This document shows, one piece after another, positions 1-13,286 of a stretch of 64,000 nucleotides of DNA. The notes beneath the pieces were generated by a model. That model was given only the letters and a program-made list of their open reading frames with translations, was not told the DNA's origin and searched no databases. How positions within the stretch are numbered: the stretch's first letter is position 1; each line of letters opens with the position of its first letter. A program made the translations under genes and the position numbers. Origin of the DNA: Eledone cirrhosa (Eukaryota); the NCBI GenBank assembly GCA_964016885.1, contig OZ024741.1, positions 373,860,001 to 373,924,000 of the forward strand. The letters run 5' to 3'.

Positions 1-284
1 CCATTGACGTATTTATAAGTACACATCATGTGTCAGACTCACTTTTGCAAACTTATTAGATTTGAATTTTCGATGAATTATTGAATATTTCTTCGGACAT
101 ACTATTATGGCCATTTATCACACACCGAGGGCAGCTATCGGACCACAAACAATTAACTTCGTGGAACAGCTTCAATGTAACATCTACTTCGTTGAAACTC
201 ATTTATTAAACATAATAACGGCGAAATGGTCAGTCATTAGAATGTCGTATAAAATGTTTTGCAATATTCGTTTTTTCTCTCGCT

Positions 285-383
285 GTGTTCGAAACCCACC
301 GAGGTCAACTTTGCCTTTCATCTTTCCAAGGTCGATAAAAATAGAACCAGTCTAGTAAGGGATCGATTCTTCCTTTATATCAC

Positions 384-462
<79 letters not shown>

Positions 463-582
463 CTCTCTGTGGAAGAAATCGACTGCTTTAAAACATGAAG
501 AGGAAAGGGCTTCACCAGGTTCGAAATGCCCAAGACACGTTGTATGTCTCTAAGGCGTCATTACGTCTCCGCTGGGAGACGC
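285..582 (+). mobile_element. 5'-truncated tRNA-derived SINE (Deu/Nin-like core), long-tail subfamily with internal (CT)n
   Basis: B-box-like GTTCGAAAC, then core GAGGTCAACTTTGCCTTTCATC..GGTCGATAAAA, (CT)n, and a tail shared with copies near 4147, 12070 and 61835. Confidence 0.75.
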
Positions 583-660
583 ATACATACATACATACAT
601 ACATACATACATACATACATACATACATACATACATACATACATACATACATACATACAT

Positions 661-1232
661 GGTGGCTGCCAACTCGTTTTCGAGTACGGCCACTACTTTA
701 TATCCATGTAGGAGAACCCCTACCGATGCGCTGAACAAGTGTGACTTTTTAGTCCAGCCAGCGACTTGAAATCTCTGGTACAAACACTACACTTGTGACA
801 ATTATTGACACATAGTGCTGGGCCCATGTGATGACAAGTGCAGAGAGATCTCCAGATATAAAGCAATGCCTGTGCCGTGAAGCTTTTATAGTGAGCAAAG
901 GCACTGCACAAAGCCAGTCCCACTCTCTTAACCAAGATGATATTTACCAAAAAGAAGAACAAGTCAACATCATTGGATACCATCAGGGTTGCAGGTGTTA
1001 TATCAGAGTTTTCCTTCTCCTAGAATTCTGCCTTGACAAAGGCTAAGGGGTCATCTCTCCCGGTGATTTTGGATGGCCATTGACTCTTAAGAGCTCCTTG
1101 CCCTTTGACAGGTTTTGTTTTTAGTCCTGCAGGATGTCCAAAGTCACCCTCCTCACCAAGAAACCTTGGTGGGGTTGCCAGTTTAGTCGCCAACGACCCG
1201 ACCATGAGACAGTACAACCTGTCTCATGTACA
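661..1232 (-). mobile_element. Short non-autonomous LINE-like element with (ATGT)n tail, copy 1 (longest)
   Basis: Nearly identical to 1344-1748 and 2716-3122; a C2H2-like remnant CSVCTRDFKSLAGLKSH lies near the minus-strand 3' end; bounded by (TACA)n. Confidence 0.6.
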
Positions 1233-1343
1233 GCATACATACATACATACATGCAAGCATACAGTACAACCTGTCTCATGTACAACATACATACATACAT
1301 ACATACATACATACATACATACATACATACATACATACATACA

Positions 1344-1748
1344 TGGTGGCTGCCAACTCGTTTTCGAGTACGGCCACTACTTTATATCCATGTAGGAGAA
1401 CCCCTACCGATGCGCTGAACGAGTGTGAATTTTTAGTCCAGCCAGCGACTTGAAAACTCTGGTACAAACACTACACTTGTGACAATTATTGACACAGTGC
1501 TGGGCCCATGGTACCATGTGACGGCAAGTGCAGAGAGATCTCCAGATATAAAGCAATGCCTGTGCCGTGAAGCTTTTATAGTGAACAAAGGCACTGCACA
1601 AAGCCAGTCCCACTCTCTTAACCAAGATGATATTTACCAAAAAGAAGAACAAGTCAACATCATTGGATACCATCAGGGTTGCAGGTGTTATATCAGAGTT
1701 TTCCTTCTCCTAGAATTCTGCCTTGACAAAGGCTAGGGGGTCATCTCT
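1344..1748 (-). mobile_element. Same element, copy 2
   Basis: Direct repeat of 661-1058 between (TACA)n tracts. Confidence 0.65.
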
Positions 1749-1849
1749 AAGGGGTCATTACATACATGCAAGCATACATACATACATACACACATACACA
1801 CATACACACATACATACATACATACATACATACATACATACATGCATGC

Positions 1850-2573
1850 ACACATTCAGGAACAAGAACTCCCTACCAAATATCTGCTGCACAAAAGGGG
1901 AGGGCCATCAGCTGACAATAAATGTAGGCTATGTAAAACAAAGATCGAGGATGTAAGCCACATTGTTGCCAACTGCGAAAGAATGTCATCTCGCTACTAC
2001 CTCCCCATGAGACACGATGGGATAGCTAGAACCATCTGGAACGCACTTCGGAAAACAAAATTAACAACAAACGAGGAAGAATATATTGAGACAGGTGGCA
2101 CTAAGGAATACTGGTGGAACCTGAAAATAAAAACTGCCACCAAATTAAAGCACAACCGGCCTGATATTGTAGTTTGGGACCACACATTGAAAACGTGTTC
2201 TGTTGTGGAGATCAGCTGCCCACTTGTGGTAAACGTTGTCAGAAAAATACAGGAGAAGGAGGACATCTACGGACCATTGATGAGGAGTTTACAAATCCAG
2301 TATCCAAGATACACCTTTAGCTTCATACCCATTATTATTGGAGCTACGGGTTATATACCAACCCGCTTGGACTAAAGTATAACTGAACTTGGATTTGCAG
2401 ACAAAAAGCGCAGCTCCCTAATTCATAGTCTACAAATGGCTGCGATAGCTGGCACCTTCAAAATTTGCAAAACATTCTTGCGATTCAAAGGATGACAATT
2501 TCTTTTCTTTTACAACCTTGCCACCAGGAAGGTGGCCGGTCAAAAAAATATACTCGAAATTAAGAGAAAGAGA
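1850..2573 (+). mobile_element. 3' fragment of Dong/R4-like non-LTR retrotransposon (CCHC knuckle plus restriction-like endonuclease)
   Basis: ORF 1842-2375 has CRLC..SH...C, RHD, RPDIVVWD..VVEISCP..EK..Y; reading continues past a premature stop to about 2494; a short 3' UTR runs into (TACA)n. Confidence 0.85.
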
Positions 2574-2715
2574 TAACATACATACATACATACACACATA
2601 CATACATACATACATACATACATACATACATACATACATACATACATACACACATGCATGCATACATACATACATACATACATACATACATACATACATA
2701 CATACATACATACAT

Positions 2716-3122
2716 GATGGCTGCCAACTCGTTTTCGAGTACGGCCACTACTTTACATCCATGTAGGAGAACCCCCACTGATGCGCTGAACGAGTGTGAC
2801 TTTTTAGTCCAGCTAGCGACTTGAAAACTCCGGTACAAACACTACACTTGTGACAATTATTGACACATAGTGCTGGCCCCATGGTACCATGTGACGACAA
2901 GTGCAGAGAGATCTCCAGATATAAAGCAATGCCTGTGCCGTGAAGCTTTTATAGTGAGCAAAGGCACTGCACAAAGCCAGTCCCACTCTCTTAACCAAGA
3001 TGATATTTACCAAAAAGAAGAACAAGTCAACATCATTGGATACCATCAGAGTTGCAGGTGTTATATCAGAGTTTTCCTTCACCTAGAATTCTGCCTTGAC
3101 AAAGGCTAAGGGGTCATCTCTC
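2716..3122 (-). mobile_element. Short non-autonomous LINE-like element, copy 3
   Basis: Repeat of 1344-1748 with the same end point GGGGTCATCTCT. Confidence 0.65.
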
Positions 3123-3389
3123 ATACATACATACATACACACATACATGCATATATACATACATACACACATACATACATACATACACACAAACGCATAC
3201 ATACATACTCATTTAGCTCACACTTAGGAGGTTTCTCTGGTGTTTTACTGATAGTAGCCCTTGCAATATCATGTTTTTGTTATTGTTGTTGTTACAGCTC
3301 ACACATATGCAGATTTAGCTCGCCTTCTTACGAGATTATATTTCATAAGAGAATTCTCGGATGTAGGGGTCCCATTCCTTTCATGAAAA

Positions 3390-3480
3390 GCAACGTAAAG
3401 TGAAGTGTCTTGATCAAGAGCGCAACGCTCCACCCGGTCCAGGAATCGAACCCATGACCATGATCGTGAGTCCAACACCC
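3390..3480 (-). mobile_element. CORE-like tRNA SINE fragment
   Basis: Reverse complement of the head seen at 57270 (GTTCGATTCCTGGACC..TCTTGATCAAGACACTT). Confidence 0.6.
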
Positions 3481-4146
3481 GGAATTATTTAGTGTCTACC
3501 CACCATTTTAAATTAAATCCATCAGTATTTCATCTTTTCTTAAATGATATGTTCTACTCCAATGATATCTAAAACGGATCAATGATTGATGGGTTTTTTT
3601 CTGTTGTTGTTTTTGTTTAGATATTTTCGATAATTTTCCTCGCAGATTCCTGTTAGATTCTAACAGAAACCCATTCAGTATGGGTGGTGAGATACTCCCA
3701 TCACACCTCTACCGCCTTTCTATAGATCATGGTGTATTCAATATCTCCTGAAATGCTGTTGTCATCACAATTCAATTTAGTTTGGTTGCCACAAAAATTG
3801 GATTTATTACCTTGGCTAGCTCCCTTCCTTTCTAGATAGTATGCTACTTTACACAATAGCGAATATTTCAACTGTTTTTTTTGTTTTCGTTTTGGCATAA
3901 TTTTTCCCATAATGGATCGAATTAATATACCTCTTCCTTCATAGACGCAACAACTTTAAAGTTAAAAACGAAATTCTGTTGGAGCTGTGGCAATAATTGA
4001 CAATATCTTCTCTGCTTTCAGCATAATTCTGGTATTATCTACAATATTATTTACAGTATTCTATACTTCAAAACTGCAGTAATTTGTTTTACGCAATTCC
4101 ACCAGGCATTGAAGAACATTTACAGAATAATATTCATGGCATTATA

Positions 4147-4430
4147 GGCAGCGAATTGGCAGAGTCGTTAGGACGTCAGATAGAATGATTTCCGGTATTC
4201 GTCCCACCTCATTGGCGCTATGAGTTCAAATCCCTCCGAGGTCAACTTTGCCTTTCATCCTTTCGAGCTCGATAAAAGAAGTACCAGTCCAGTACTGGGG
4301 TCGATTCTTCCTATATAGAAAAAAATCGGCTATGTTCAGACCCGGGGAGGGTTGGGCTCCGCCAGGTTTAAATGTACCTTAGACATGCCGTATGACGGTG
4401 CCTTTACGACTCCACAAGGAGTTATGGGAT
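4147..4430 (+). mobile_element. tRNA-derived SINE (Deu/Nin-like core), long-tail subfamily
   Basis: A box TGGCAGAGTCG, B box GAGTTCAAATC, core GCCTTTCATCC..GATAAAA..GTACCAG. Confidence 0.8.
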
Positions 4431-4479
4431 CTTTACCCTTATTCATGATATTGTAATGGAAAGGCTACTAGAGGTTGCC

Positions 4480-4815
4480 TTCGACAGAACATACCTCTAC
4501 TGTATCTAATGTATGAACCTGTAACTCCTGGTAGAGACGTATGGACGCCATATTGACATACGATATTTCTTGGGCACTTTTGTACCTGGTGGAGCCTATC
4601 TCCCTCCAGGCCTCAACACAGCGGATTTCTTCCAGAAAAGGATAGAGTGTGAGAGAAAGCAAACGAAAAAGAGATATATAAGAAGAATCGATTTCAGTAG
4701 TAGACTGGTACATTTTTATCTACCTTAAATGGATGAAATCAGAGAGCAGAGAAACAGAACGAATACCACTAAGATTTTATCCGACCTTCTGACGACTTTA
4801 CCGATTCGCCGCCTT
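4480..4815 (-). mobile_element. Degenerate long-tail SINE
   Basis: Reverse-complement similarity to 4147-4430. Confidence 0.6.
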
Positions 4816-5872
4816 TACTCTATCTAATAGATGTCTCACAGAATATATATGGATGGACGTCTCACAGAATATATATTTAATCTCTACACGGCAGTCTAAA
4901 ATAAAGCTCTTGTGGTCATTGCAATTAATCTAATCTAATCTAAACTTGCAAATAAGAAGAACCAAGGCCGCCCCTACGAGCATTGGATTTGGTGTACTTC
5001 ATATTTGTTTCAGTTGCTGAATACAATCAGGAGTCGCTACTTCTTCTGAAGGTCAATAGTTATCTTCTAACTCGAGTGGGAACGCCTTTCCATTTTCAAT
5101 TTGCATTGATCATCTGCAAAGCCGCATTGTTCTCAGAACCACTACACCAGTCTTTCGATGCGTGCGGCTGGAACTACTGCCACCCATTGGTTTGGTAGGA
5201 TCGCATCTCATTTCTATAGCTGAGTAAACTCAGCAATTAAAGAGTTGCTAATGCTGCGAAATAAAACGTAAACAACAGCTTGAAATGAAGAGAAACGACA
5301 TTTACAACCCACGCCTATGTAGGTTTAGCTGGCCTCTTACGAGGCCGTATTTCATATGAGGTTTCTCGGGTATTTTAATTATGGGGGGGGGGGGGCAACG
5401 CGAATGGAGCAACTTGATGAAAAACACAATGGGCAACCCAGTTTCTTGTAATAGTGAGTCTAACACCTTACTCACTTGGCCACACGCCTTCACTATCAAC
5501 AGCTTAAAACACATAAGACAGGTTTCTGCAGCAGCGGTGCTCTACAAAATGCATACAATCCACAGCCCATCAGAACTCAAGAAAAATAATATATTTAATT
5601 TCGTGTTAAAAGTAATTTTTAAAAATTACGATTTTAAGTTTGTTTGTTTTGTTTGTTTTTTCAATTGAGGTCCTTATCTAATTTATTTATTTATTTATTT
5701 CGACTGAATTCAATTTTCAATGCAATTTCAGATTTATACAATTCTTTAAAATAACTAATAATTCGATTTGCAACATCATTCATCAACCTGTTACTATTCT
5801 ATATTGTATTTACACCTAGTTTTAAAATATGACGTTTTTTTTTAAATTGTCTTCATCCAATCTATAATATAA

Positions 5873-6168
5873 GTGTTTCTACTTTTGGCATAAGGCCAGC
5901 AATTACCCAGTGCATTACTGGTACTTTATCTATAATATAATATATAATATAATGGTTTCTTATATAGGCACAAGGCCAGCAATTTTGGAGGGGGGGGGGT
6001 CGATTAATTCAACCTCAGTGCATGACTGGTACTTTATTTTATCGACCCCGTAAGGATGAAAGGCAAAGTTAACCTTGGCAGGATTTGAACTCAGATCATA
6101 AAGAGCCGTAACTCTATGCTGCAAAGCATGGCGTCCGACCCTCTACCGATACAGCCAATCCACCGCCC
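5873..6168 (-). mobile_element. Short-tail SINE 3' fragment plus a full short-tail SINE
   Basis: Reverse complement of the copies at 28180-28368 and 27729-27950. Confidence 0.8.
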
Positions 6169-6494
6169 TTGATAATATAATAAGAGCTATGTCTGTCAGT
6201 CCGTCCGTCACGCTCTCTATATAGAGGGAGGTTAACACTACACCATCTACCTTTCTCTCTAACTAAAACGTAACGTAACTCAGTTTTTTTGTGTTTCTGT
6301 GAGTCCACCAATATGCAACATAGACTTCAAAAAAAGACTTTTACTATAATGACAAGTTGTTGTTATTGAGAGAGAAATGTAGTGAAAGAGAGAGTATGTG
6401 AAAGATAGGGAGAGAGTGTTGTCACCTGAAAACGAGGGGAATTTTAAATGCAAGTCTGTCAACAGGTGTGAGAGAAAAGGTGTGTGTGTTTCTG

Positions 6495-6875
6495 TGCTCT
6501 CGGGGTCCCAAATAATAGTGGGGAGGAATAAGCGGTGGGGTTGTAAAATTGATAATTTTTCTAGGTTGTCTCTCTTGATTGTTTTTTTAAATCAGAATTA
6601 GTCGTTTAGTTTACATATTGAGACCCCAACCCATTCTATTTATTTTATAACGCATGAGATTTCTAGTAATGTTCTCTTTTTGTCGTGTATAATGTTTTTT
6701 AATGTCTAAAGAAAACTAATTGTCACAGGAATGCTACCACTTGAAATAAAATTTCGCCAAAGATAGATTAGCAAAATTTAATAAGTGAGGGTTGGAATAA
6801 GAACGTGGCGGTGTTGGAAAAAATCTGAAAAATTAATAAGCGGTTGGGTGGACAATTATTCGAGGCTCGAGAGCA
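6495..6875. mobile_element. Putative MITE with imperfect TIRs
   Basis: TGCTCTCGGGGTCCCAAATAAT ... ATTATTCGAGGCTCGAGAGCA; internal repeated AATAAGCGG motifs. Confidence 0.5.
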
Positions 6876-8094
6876 TGTTAGGTTAACTCATTCATTTTAC
6901 TGGCTATAGATTTCGCCAACTCTCGTCTTAGAGACGATGTTGCTTTCATATTAAGGCAACTAATTTCCAGAGTCGTTAAGGTATCTGGTTAAAATAAAAT
7001 AATATCAACTTACAGTTTTGTAAGCTGACGAACTAGTTTTTGACACACACCCAGACGCCTGCATTTTCCACTACACAGTCCACATTCATTCACACATTCA
7101 TTCGCATCAAATAATGTGACAAGTTATAATTCGGTTCTTTTCATTGCTTTGGATGTTTCCACAAGGCGGCAAAAAGGGTTAACGATTTATTTATGGATCA
7201 CAGGAAATGTTATATTATATCTAATTTAATTATACAAATTTGTATAAAACTGTGATTATTTAAGGTTCAGTGATGCGCTACTCTGAGATAGGCGCCCTAA
7301 TTGGCTACCTAGTTGGTCTTAATTGTAACGCTAGCTGTGCTCAACACTTATAAAAGTGTTCATTGGAAGAGTTTAAAAGCTTTGGTATATAAATTTGTAG
7401 CAGATGTCGTTGAAAACGTAATAATAGCCATAAGCTATAAATAACCTGTTGTTAACCTTTGAGATAGTAAAACAGACAGAGGTTGGGAAAATACATTTCT
7501 GTAGTCCAACCATAGGAAATGATCTATAAAACGTTATTTTGTAGAATTACTGAACAAGTCAATCTAAATCATAATTTTCCTGTAAGGCAGAGCTAGCATG
7601 ATATTTTTAAAAGTAACCGTTTTAAGCGTTTTTTTTTTCCTTTATTTATTATTCTTTTTTTAATTTTTTTTAGAAAAAGCCAACAAATAAATCCCACAAC
7701 AAACGAAGAAGAAAATGATGTATTGTGATGCATATCAAACTGAGCTACGCACTTCACTAATGAGAAGGAAAAATGTTTGTGAGGGGATGTGTTATTATAT
7801 TTTGCTAGTTTTAATCAACACCTCGTTATAAAAAAACATATATATATAGTATTGCTTCAGACATCATTCAATAATAAAGGCATTTTCATTATTCAAAACA
7901 AGCTGAATTAATTCCACAAAAAGATTTAACTTTAAGTGAGATAATGGAAACGACTAGAAAACATTGCTTTCTGGAGAGATGTTTTTAAGAAATATTTGAT
8001 AAAATAATCTTTCCTGCCATTAAATGTCTTTATTTGTTTTTGTGTTTTTTTTGTGAAGCCAAACATGTAGCTGAAAGAATCTGAACGACTAGAT

Positions 8095-8372
8095 AAGGAC
8101 GTAGGGGTGCCATCCTGACATATGACGTTCCATGGACCCATGGACATTTAAAACCTGGCGGAGCTTATCCCACTCCATGTCGGAGCACAGCCGATTTCCT
8201 CCAGAGAAGAAGAAGATATCCTAGTGCTGGACTGGTACTTTATTTATCGACATTGAAAGGATGAAAGGCAAAGTTGACCTCACAGTATTTGGACTCAGAG
8301 AGCAGAGAACTGGAACAAATACCACTAGGCACTCTATCCGACGTTCTAACGACTCTGCCAATTCACCGCCTA
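8095..8372 (-). mobile_element. Long-tail SINE
   Basis: Core GATGAAAGGCAAAGTTGACCTC; head CTCTGCCAATTCACCGCC. Confidence 0.75.
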
Positions 8373-8726
8373 AAATACATAGTGTGCATGAACTGGAACA
8401 AATACTGAAGCATCATTAATCCAGCGCCTTCATTTAAAATGAGTCAGTTATCTGAACACAAAGGGCAGTCAAAGCGGCAATAAGTCATACAAAAGATTCT
8501 TATTTTCTTTTTTTGTTAATAAGTGTATAAAATTGTCTATTTGAAAGTTGCTGGTGAAAATCCATGATACGAACAAAAAGATGCCTATACATGGTCACTC
8601 GACCTGCTAGAAATAGCAAACAAATTTCCCTCAAAACACACCCTAATGCCCTGAAAACAGGGGATCACATTAGATACTAAACTACACTATGAAACACATT
8701 AGATACTAAACTGAACTATAGTGTAA

Positions 8727-8944
8727 TAATTTCTGATTTAGACACAAGGCCACCAATGTGTGGGTGAGAGCAAAGTTCATTATATTGACTCCAGTAACTG
8801 ACTGGAACTGTATTTTATCGACCTCGGATGGATGAAAGGCAAAGTTAACATCAGTGATATTTAACCTCAGAACATAAATGGCCGTAACTATATACCACAA
8901 AGCAGTTTATCAAACGTCGTAATAATTCTGCCAATCCACCGCCC
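8727..8944 (-). mobile_element. Short-tail SINE
   Basis: Same family as 27729-27950. Confidence 0.75.
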
Positions 8945-9001
8945 TTTTCTGTACTATAATAGTTTATTACACTATGTTATACGTACTATAATGGTCTACA
9001 C

Positions 9002-9317
9002 TAGGGGTGTGCAACATATTCCAGTGGCGGGTCACTTTTGAACATTGGAACAACTATTAGGGTCAGTCACTGTCAAAAATATGTAATCTAATGAAAACCA
9101 TACCTTCTTTGCATAACATGGAACTGGGAAATTATAACACACAACCCTATCAGTGAAGCCCTTTAGTATAGGTCAACTAACAGAAAATTGTATTACGGTT
9201 GCGAAAGGAATTCTAAATAAGCCTACAAGGTAAAAATTAAAAACGGTCATCGCGGGTCACTCTTACTGGTCTGGTGGGCCGGGTTGTGGTCCGCGGGCCA
9301 CCTGTTGCACGCCGCTG
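9002..9317 (+). mobile_element. hAT-superfamily MITE
   Basis: 8-bp TSD GTCTACAC (8994-9001 and 9318-9325); TIR TAGGGGTGTGCAAC/GTTGCACGCCGCTG; second copy inverted at 18160-18455. Confidence 0.85.
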
Positions 9318-9374
9318 GTCTACACCATGTCTGGAAAAACATGATTTGGACATGGCTAGAACGATTTAGATGAT

Positions 9375-9660
9375 GTCTGTGTGATCAGGGCTGACCTGAG
9401 GTTAAGCAACAACAACATCAACAGTAACCAATACCTTTCGTAAATGTTTGACCAGGGCTGAGCAACAACAACAACAACAACCAATACTTTTCATAAGTCT
9501 ACTTGATCAAGGTTTACCTGAGGCTCACCTGGGGCTGACCTGGGGCTAAACAACAACAACAATCAATATCTTTCATAAGTCTGCTAGATCAGGGCTAACT
9601 TGGGGCTAACGTGTCGCTGACCAAGGGCTAAACAACAACAACATTCAATATCTTTCATCG
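9375..9660 (+). repeat. Degenerate tandem repeat of about 55-75 bp units ending in (CAA)n
   Basis: GGGCTGACCTGGGGCTAAACAACAACAAC..AATATCTTTCAT recurs about four times. Confidence 0.7.
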
Positions 9661-9756
9661 ATATGATCAAATTTCAATATTTCAAATTTCTTCGATTTCA
9701 AAATATTTATTCGAAATCATTTCAATTTCCTGTCACTTAATTTGATATGCGTGCAA

Positions 9757-9757
<1 letters not shown>

Positions 9758-9801
<44 letters not shown>

Positions 9802-10352
9802 TACATACATACATACATACATACATACATACATACATACATACATACATACATACATACATACACATACATACTCAAAGATATACAATCATACATATAC
9901 ATACATGCATACACACACCTACTTACATACACACAAGACACACAAACATATGCTCACATAGAAACATACATTCACGCATACACACATACATACATACATA
10001 CATGCATACGTTCATTCATTTATACATACATACATACATACATACATACATACATACATACATACATACATAAACTCAAAACATACACATTCACACATGC
10101 ATTAACATCCATACCTGCACACGCATGCATGCATTCAGACATGCATACATAGTTGATGTTGTTTAAATTCAAATGAGAGAGTCTTGTATCTATGTTAGAA
10201 ACCGTCTCTTTCTTTTGGTAAACATTTATAAAATTATAAAACCAGAACAGACATACATACATGTAGGCATACATACATACATACATACATACATACATAC
10301 ATACATACATACATACATACATACATACATACATACATACATACATACATAC
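9758..10352. repeat. (CA)n and (TACA)n microsatellite complex
   Basis: Directly visible. Confidence 0.95.
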
Positions 10353-10353
10353 A

Positions 10354-10616
10354 CCACCTTTAGCTTCATACCCATCATTATTGAAGCTACGGGTTATATA
10401 CCAACCCGCTTAGACCAAAGTATAACTGAACTTGGATTTGCGGACAAAGAGCGCAGCTCCCTAATTCATAGTCTACAAATGGCTGCGATAGCTGGCACCT
10501 TCAAAGTTTGCAAAACATTCTTGCGATTCAAGGGATGACAATTTCTTTTCTTTTACAACCTTGCCACCAGGAAGGTGGCCGGTCAAAAATATACTCGAAA
10601 TTAAGAGAAAGAGAGA
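10354..10616 (+). mobile_element. Dong/R4-like 3' end, heavily truncated
   Basis: Matches 2312-2573 (FSFIPIII..TGYIPTRLD..CKTFLRFKG and the 3' UTR). Confidence 0.85.
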
Positions 10617-10623
10617 CATACAT

Positions 10624-11118
10624 AAATTAAAAATGAATGAGGAGGAATATGTTGAGATAGATGGCACTAAGGAATACTGGTGGAACCTGAAAATAAAAAC
10701 TGCCACCAAATTAAAGCACAACACATGTGACAACACATTGAAAACATGCTCTGTTGCAGAGATCAGTTCCCCACTTGATGTCAACGTTGTAAGAAAAATA
10801 CAAGAGAAGGAGGACATCTACAGACCATTGATGAGGAGTTTGCAGATCCAGTATCCAAGATACACCTTCAGCTTCATACCCATCATTATTGGAGCTACAG
10901 GTTATATATCAACCCGCTTGGACCGAAATATGACTGAACTTGGATGTGCGGACAAAGAACGCAGCTCCCTAATTCATAGACTACAAATGGCTGCGATAGC
11001 CGGCACCTTCAAAATTTGCAAAACATTCTTGTGATTCAAGGATTGACAACTTCTTTTCTTTTACAACCTTGCCACCAGGAAGGTGGCCGGTCAAAAATTG
11101 ACCCGAAATTAAGAGAAA

Positions 11119-11119
<1 letters not shown>
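10624..11119 (+). mobile_element. Dong/R4-like 3' fragment (RLE domain)
   Basis: ORF 10561-11034 matches the RLE region at 2057-2494; 3' UTR ends in (CA)n. Confidence 0.85.
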
Positions 11120-11185
<66 letters not shown>

Positions 11186-11289
11186 AGCTAACTTTACCCT
11201 AAATAGAGACCAATGATAGTTACCTCTTAACAAATACCACAAAGCAGACGTTTGACATTTTAAACAATTCTGGCAACCCACCACTCCTG

Positions 11290-12300
11290 GCTTGGTAGGT
11301 ACGTTATGTTATTGACCCCGAATGGATGAATGGCAATGTTGACCTCGGTGGGATTTAAACTCAGAGTGCAGAGAGCCACAACAAATACCTTTAATACAAC
11401 GCCCTAATGACACTACCAACTCCTAAATAATAGTTTCTGATTTAGGCACAAGGCCAACAATTTGGGCGGAAGGGAAAGTCGATTAAATCTACCCCTGTGT
11501 ATTACTGGTACTTTATTTTATCGACCTTGTAAAGATGAAAGGCAAAGCTAACCTCGGTGGGATTTAATATGAGAACGTAAAGAGCCGTAATTCTATACCA
11601 CAAAGCATGGTGTCCGACGCTCTGCCGATACTGCCAATCCTAATGTCTACATAATAAATTATATTAAAAAAATACACATATATATAGATGTGTGGTTCGA
11701 TTCCCACACATGTTTCTACCAACTTTTTTTGTTTCTAAGGGTACTTTACCCGACTTGTTCAACAATTATTAATAGTAATCTGCATCGTGACAAATCTAGT
11801 TTCAAATACTTATTTCAGGGCCAGAAATTTTAAGGAGAGAAAAGTCGATTATTTTTACCCTAGTACTTGACTGGTACTTTATTTTATCAACTTCGAAAGG
11901 AAGAAAAGAAAAGTTGACCACGGCGAGATTTGAACTCAGTACGTAAAGAACCGGGAAAATATTGCCACGCATTTATCCGATGCACTAAAGATTTTGCCAG
12001 TTCCCGCCCCTAAATTAACTAAATAAAGGCTTCTTTATTTTTTGTATAAATATAATCGTGACAGACTGGGCCTTTCATCCATTCGAGGTCGATAAAAATA
12101 AAAGCACCAGTCAAGTACTGAGATCGACTATTCCTTTATATCTCTTTCTCCCTTTCATTCTCTCACTCTTTATCCTTTCCTGGAAGAAATTTACTGTATT
12201 TAGACCTAGAGAGGAGATGGGCTCCGCCAGGTTTTAAAATGCCCTAGAAACGCTCTATGTCAATACGACGCCTCTACGACTCCCTCGTGCGGTACGGGAC
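11290..12300. mobile_element. Cluster of four SINE copies (three minus, one plus)
   Basis: Deu/Nin-like cores near 11320, 11520, 11890 (minus) and 12075 (plus). Confidence 0.75.
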
Positions 12301-13286
12301 TATGCATGCATGCAATCAGAACCAAAGAACAAATTCCAACAGTACTGTAAGTAATGTTTAAGATATAGTTCTATTCCGCCACCCATGAATAAGCTATTAT
12401 TTAGATGCCAAGTGTTTTGTAATGAATTTATGTAACTTTCAAGATCAGAAATTCACTTGAAAACAATTTCATGTTGACACGACAAATAAAGATTTATTTC
12501 CTTTTAAAGTACTACAAGAAAAATTTTACAAACCACTGATAGTGTAGAGAATCTTTTCATCCGCATCAATGCAAGAAAATGATGAGTTAGGTTTCTCTTT
12601 GTAAAATCTCCTTGCTGATTGCCAAATCCAGAAATGCACATAATATAACGACTGATATAATCAATACAATTCCTTTGAGCAAATAACACAGTACAACGAA
12701 GAATTTCCGAAATAATGAGCAGTGGAAGACACATTATGCTATTTTTCTTTTTTCTTTTTCTTTTCTTTTTGTTTTGTTTTTTTTGGAGGACTGCCTAATT
12801 TTCGTTACAACTGGACGAATCAATTCTACCAGGTAATGAAGCCTGTTAGCTTAATTTCAGGTATAAAAGAAGAGAAACTAACTCAAGAGTTATTATTTGG
12901 CGTACAATAAGTCACTGATACTAAAGGACATTATCACATTTGGCTACAGATATACTCACAGACCACCTACACAACGAAAAAAAAAGTTCATATGAAATAG
13001 CCCCACCCTCCTCGTCTGCAGCCCACCCGCCGCCAGGCTTTCGTGTTAGAGGTGGGGTTTCCGAATATTGCGAGTGGGTACTCTAGCTCGAAATAATTCT
13101 AAAGTGGAGTTTTGGTATATGTTTCTAAATACGAGAGTGTACCATTCAGTGCCCCCCCCCCCCCCCCCCCATGTGTGTGTGTATTTATATATATATAAAG
13201 AATGAATAATAACAGGTAGACATCATAAAAAGGTAATTTATTCCGTGTGCTTACAAATGTTTCCACTTAAATATTTTAACTCAAAT

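Noticed and set aside
12504-12734. Non-repetitive short ORFs here and at 29665-29868 as host exons
   Set aside because: No recognisable domain or convincing splice-site pair
13000-13062. CTCCTCGT within CCCCACC/GGTGGGG as an HDV-like ribozyme
   Set aside because: No P3 or P1 pairing found; a simple hairpin explains it
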